From: Candidatus Kaiserbacteria bacterium
GTDB lineage: Bacteria; Patescibacteriota; Minisyncoccia; Phycocordibacterales; UBA2100
Direction: 5' to 3'
NCBI GenBank assembly: GCA_027083345.1
Contig: JALWOZ010000012.1
Location: 4,025-68,024 of the forward strand
Length of the DNA: 64,000 nt
The notes under the pieces were generated by a model. It ran no database searches. It saw nothing but the letters and a program-made list of their open reading frames with translations, and was not told where the DNA came from. Position numbers and translations under genes: made by a program. Of the stretch, positions 60,712-64,000 are shown in pieces; the first letter of the stretch is position 1, and every line of letters begins with the position of its first letter.

Positions 60712-61818
60712 CTAAATCTCTTGCCACTCTGGTACTAAGCGGACTGTTACGGAGTCTGTTATTTGCTCACCATTTAGACCTTCACAAGTAAGGTTGTAAG
60801 TAGTTTGGGTTACAATCTCACTAGAGATATGGTCTCCGTTAATACCGCTCCAACCAGCACCTCCATCACCATTAGAGCCGGATACACTACAAGACTTTGT
60901 ATATGCTGAAAGCCATACTATATTGGCTCTCTTTGTCTTTTTAACTAATATCGGCCTTGCAAATATCTGTGCTGTAGGCTCTCCTACGGTAGGTGGAGAG
61001 AGCTCTACCCATGTTACATCACCAGACCCTCCTGTGAGGCTCTCTGTTGGGTAACGAGTAATATAGCACACTCCGGCTCCACACCCTCTAACTCCAGTAG
61101 CTACTCCGCTGTCTAATTGCACAGTACAAACCCCTGATGGATTTGGCACATTTGGCGCATTACATGAGTATGAGCCGGAACCTCCTATGCACTGTGTGCC
61201 ACTATTAACCTCTCCACAGATATTAGGGAAAGATTCACAACTAGAGGGTGTGCAGGATTGTGATTGTGTCGGTGGAGATACTGGAGGCGTAGGTGGAGTT
61301 GGTGGAGTTGGAGGCTCTGGTATATCACAAGAGGCGGAGCGTGAGGCACTCTTGCCAGAGCCGGTAACCGGCCCTAAAACTACATATTCTGAAGGACAAC
61401 ATGTGCCATTAGACACCGTCTGAGTACCAGGGGGACAACTTGATGTATTTGGACCGCCTGAGGATCCGTTATTACTGTCGGTATTGTGGTAGGTAATAGT
61501 ATTGTATGTACCGTCTCCGTTATTGTAAAACTGAGTACCTCCCGTAACTTGTGCGAACCAAGACGGTGTTGTGTTGGTTATTACACTCAAATTATCACTG
61601 TTATTAAATGTATCTACAGTTATATAAGAAGAGCCTCCCGGTTTTGAATTGTCTAAATAAACTTGATCTATAACATTCGTTGTTTCATCAGTAAAGCTGT
61701 CCCAGCTATCAAAAAGATTTATTTCGGAGTTAGAAAATGCATAAGTATATATATAAGGGAATAACAATAATACAAATACTGTACTAGCAATATATAACTT
61801 ATTGTAATTATTTAACAT
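60712..61818 (-). CDS. Secreted Cys/Pro/Gly-rich surface protein
   Basis: Signal/TM, PPTPPTPPTPP linker, Cys-rich modules, CPR-type C-terminal V.LVP.WQEI. Confidence 0.65.
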   Translation of the reverse strand: MLNNYNKLYIASTVFVLLLFPYIYTYAFSNSEINLFDSWDSFTDETTNVIDQVYLDNSKPGGSSYITVDTFNNSDNLSVITNTTPSWFAQVTGGTQFYNNGDGTYNTITYHNTDSNNGSSGGPNTSSCPPGTQTVSNGTCCPSEYVVLGPVTGSGKSASRSASCDIPEPPTPPTPPTPPVSPPTQSQSCTPSSCESFPNICGEVNSGTQCIGGSGSYSCNAPNVPNPSGVCTVQLDSGVATGVRGCGAGVCYITRYPTESLTGGSGDVTWVELSPPTVGEPTAQIFARPILVKKTKRANIVWLSAYTKSCSVSGSNGDGGAGWSGINGDHISSEIVTQTTYNLTCEGLNGEQITDSVTVRLVPEWQEI

Positions 61819-61983
61819 GCATTTTGTACTATATCTAATAACACAATCCATTCTATCACACATAAGATATTTATAACAATATAATACACACATAATTCAG
61901 TTAATAACCGAAACAAAAACCTTGTAATAATATGCGTCTTATGTATTATTAAAGTATCGTTCATTACAGATAGGATATTTCTC

Positions 61984-62427
61984 ATGATGAAAGTTGTTTT
62001 TGGGGCTACTATGGCTCTCTTCGCACTCAGTACACAAACACAAGCTCGTGTGCTGAGCAACAATCATGGTGTCGTGTGTGTCATTGGCACATTTATACCA
62101 CCTCATGGCATGGAGCTCAGTGGTAAAGGGGGGTGGGACATTGGCGACCGCAAAAGCCACTTTTCCAACAGTCAGGAGCCGTTCGTACAAACTTGTATGA
62201 ACTACTCCATAGGAAAAGACACACCGACAAAAGGTATGGTTTCAGTGCCGTACAGCACTGAATTCTTCGGCAATGACCCCACCCGCTTTGGGGTATTGGC
62301 ATGCGTCAAAGGAGGGGGTGCGCTCCGCTTTGACAAAGTCATCAATCCCAAAGGGAACTTCCGATACCAATTTAAGGAATCGGAATTCGTACAAGACGGG
62401 CCGGCAATACGAAAGTATTGTCACTGA
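61984..62427 (+). CDS. Hypothetical secreted protein
   Basis: Signal peptide, four Cys, GC-richer than flanks, own terminator. Confidence 0.6.
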   Translation: MMKVVFGATMALFALSTQTQARVLSNNHGVVCVIGTFIPPHGMELSGKGGWDIGDRKSHFSNSQEPFVQTCMNYSIGKDTPTKGMVSVPYSTEFFGNDPTRFGVLACVKGGGALRFDKVINPKGNFRYQFKESEFVQDGPAIRKYCH

Positions 62428-62442
62428 CACCTCTCTACACTC

Positions 62443-62476
62443 TCCCGCGCGATATAGCATTGCGCGGGGGTATTTT
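62443..62476 (+). terminator. Intrinsic terminator
   Basis: CCCGCGCGAT-ATAGC-ATTGCGCGGG then GTATTTT. Confidence 0.7.
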
Positions 62477-62503
62477 GTTATAATTCAGTTACAACTCAAT
62501 TAA

Positions 62504-62971
62504 TCAAACCTTACGAGACAAGGCTATGGCAACAAGAGATACGGCTGTTATATAAAACTTGTATGTAGCTGACGCTAATATGCTTGTAACTTTAGGTCCA
62601 AATGTATACAAAGTAGAAAAGTCGATTATGCCGGCAGATATTACAACTACCAGAGCTGTGGCCCCAGAAGACGCTAAAAGAATCTTAAAAATCTCTCTAT
62701 TGTCACTAAGTCCACTTGTGTCTCTGTTTAACACCCATGCAGATACAACTGTGATAATGGCAAAAAGCGCCGGCTCTCCCCAACCAAGTTTATAAGGGAA
62801 AATTGTGTAGACAAAGGCGGCGATAGGTATTGCAAGAGCGAGCTCTGAGAGAGCTTTAACCCCTCGCATAAAGCCGTATATAACAAAAGCTATGAGCAAC
62901 AACCCTATAACTAACACATCGGGATAATTAGACACTTGTGCTATAATGCCTCCTGTAGTTGTTGCATCCAT
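62504..62971 (-). CDS. Hypothetical membrane protein
   Basis: About 5 TM helices. Confidence 0.7.
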   Translation of the reverse strand: MDATTTGGIIAQVSNYPDVLVIGLLLIAFVIYGFMRGVKALSELALAIPIAAFVYTIFPYKLGWGEPALFAIITVVSAWVLNRDTSGLSDNREIFKILLASSGATALVVVISAGIIDFSTLYTFGPKVTSILASATYKFYITAVSLVAIALSRKV

Positions 62972-63023
62972 ATTACAAGTGTAACACAAGCACATACCAC
63001 TCGAGCTACTACTTGTGTATAAT

Positions 63024-63608
63024 TTATTCTTTAAAATCTCCGACTATTACTCTTGCTGGGCGGATTACACCACTTGCACTCTTGTAGCCCTTGCGGAGGA
63101 TCTTTTGTACCTTATTTGCTTGGGCTTTATCTACCACCTCTATGTGCTCTGCGGCCTCGTGTAAGGCATTGTCAAACTCATCACCCACCTTACCAAATGA
63201 AGTTATACTATGTTGTTCTAATGCACTTATTAACTGTGAATGCACAAACTCCATACCCTGGCGCCATGCAGAGTCTATCTGCTCCCAAGCACTCCCCTGC
63301 ATTGCCGAGTCAAAGCTGTCCAGAGCTGGTAGTAAGCTCTCCAGCACTTGCTCTGCACCACGCCCTTTAGCTTGTGCCAGCTTCTCAGATTCTGCCTTTT
63401 TACTATTAACTACATCTGCCTTGAGACGTTGCCAGCCATCAAGATTCTCTTTAGCTTGCGCTTTGGTCTCTTTAAGTTGCTTCTTGAGCTTGGCTATTTG
63501 CTTGCTCTCAGAAGAGCTAAGAGAATTCTTACCTTGCACCATATCACTATCTGTTTCCGGCTCAAATACTACATCATCTATGTTTTTCTCTTGCTTTATT
63601 TTACTCAT
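63024..63608 (-). CDS. grpE: Nucleotide exchange factor GrpE
   Basis: RLKAD..N, LLPALD, FD..LHEA, KGY....VIRPARV. Confidence 0.95.
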   Translation of the reverse strand: MSKIKQEKNIDDVVFEPETDSDMVQGKNSLSSSESKQIAKLKKQLKETKAQAKENLDGWQRLKADVVNSKKAESEKLAQAKGRGAEQVLESLLPALDSFDSAMQGSAWEQIDSAWRQGMEFVHSQLISALEQHSITSFGKVGDEFDNALHEAAEHIEVVDKAQANKVQKILRKGYKSASGVIRPARVIVGDFKE

Positions 63609-63657
63609 CGCAATAGTCTAACATTTTGCAAATTATTATGCCACACCTATTGCACTA

Positions 63658-63978
63658 TTATTGTTTTAGAGTACCTAAATTAGGGATAGATTTTAAAAGT
63701 CTTTGTATATCCACACCTTGCAAATTAATATTGTTAGACAAATCTTGAGCTTGTCCAACAGCTCCTTGTACTTGTTGCAAGGCATCTAGGCTTTGCTGGA
63801 TTATTGGTTGTAATAAATTAAAATATAACCAAATAGGCACTCCGAGCATCAATATCCAAAAGAGTAGCTTAAACAAGAAGCCCCACCGAGCTCCGGCACG
63901 CATCTTTTTTAATAACTTATTATTCTCTACCACTAGGGCATATGTTTGCTCTAGTAGATCCTCTTTACTCTCATGCAT
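63658..63978 (-). CDS. Conserved CPR-type small membrane protein
   Basis: ENNKLLKKMR followed by a TM helix. Confidence 0.7.
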   Translation of the reverse strand: MHESKEDLLEQTYALVVENNKLLKKMRAGARWGFLFKLLFWILMLGVPIWLYFNLLQPIIQQSLDALQQVQGAVGQAQDLSNNINLQGVDIQRLLKSIPNLGTLKQ

Positions 63979-64000
63979 GGTTTTATTATAGCACTATATA

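Noticed and set aside
61270..61320. Short tandem GGTGGAGTT-type repeats
   Set aside because: They encode a Pro-Pro-Thr linker; not a CRISPR array or regulatory repeat
1..64000. CRISPR arrays, IS elements, prophage, stop-codon reassignment
   Set aside because: None seen; TGA serves as a stop (clpB, pgeF-like gene, endonuclease), and the many antisense ORFs in the track are shadows of real genes

Overview
A 64-kb piece of a Patescibacteria/CPR (Parcubacteria-like) chromosome, genetic code 11, mostly minus-strand housekeeping genes: secA, priA, rpoD, dnaG, the infA-rpmJ-rpsM-rpsK-rpsD-rpoA-rplQ-rplM-rpsI cluster, clpB, secDF, rodA, rmuC, aspS, trpS, rel, ppaC, argS, ileS, grpE, plus tRNA-Tyr and tRNA-Ile. 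Main points of interest: (1) a stand-alone 16S rRNA gene with no canonical anti-Shine-Dalgarno tail, interrupted near E. coli position 1398 by a ~894-nt group II-like intron that encodes a LAGLIDADG endonuclease and has an apparent 9-nt 5' extension; (2) an extended -10 box 6-9 nt upstream of many start codons, suggesting pervasive leaderless mRNAs, while several accessory islets carry AGGAG(G) motifs; (3) two tandem genes resembling DGR variable-protein targets with no RT/TR in the window; (4) an acyltransferase + acyl-reductase-like + 7TM histidine kinase cassette whose sensor half shares the AT-rich composition of the enzyme gene, a candidate signal synthase/receptor pair; (5) a small Asp/Gly-rich peptide next to an HExxH protein, a GNAT-like protein and an MFS exporter; (6) several unannotated structured RNAs, including a 6S-like candidate downstream of aspS and a secA leader hairpin. 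All calls were made by eye; no searches were run.
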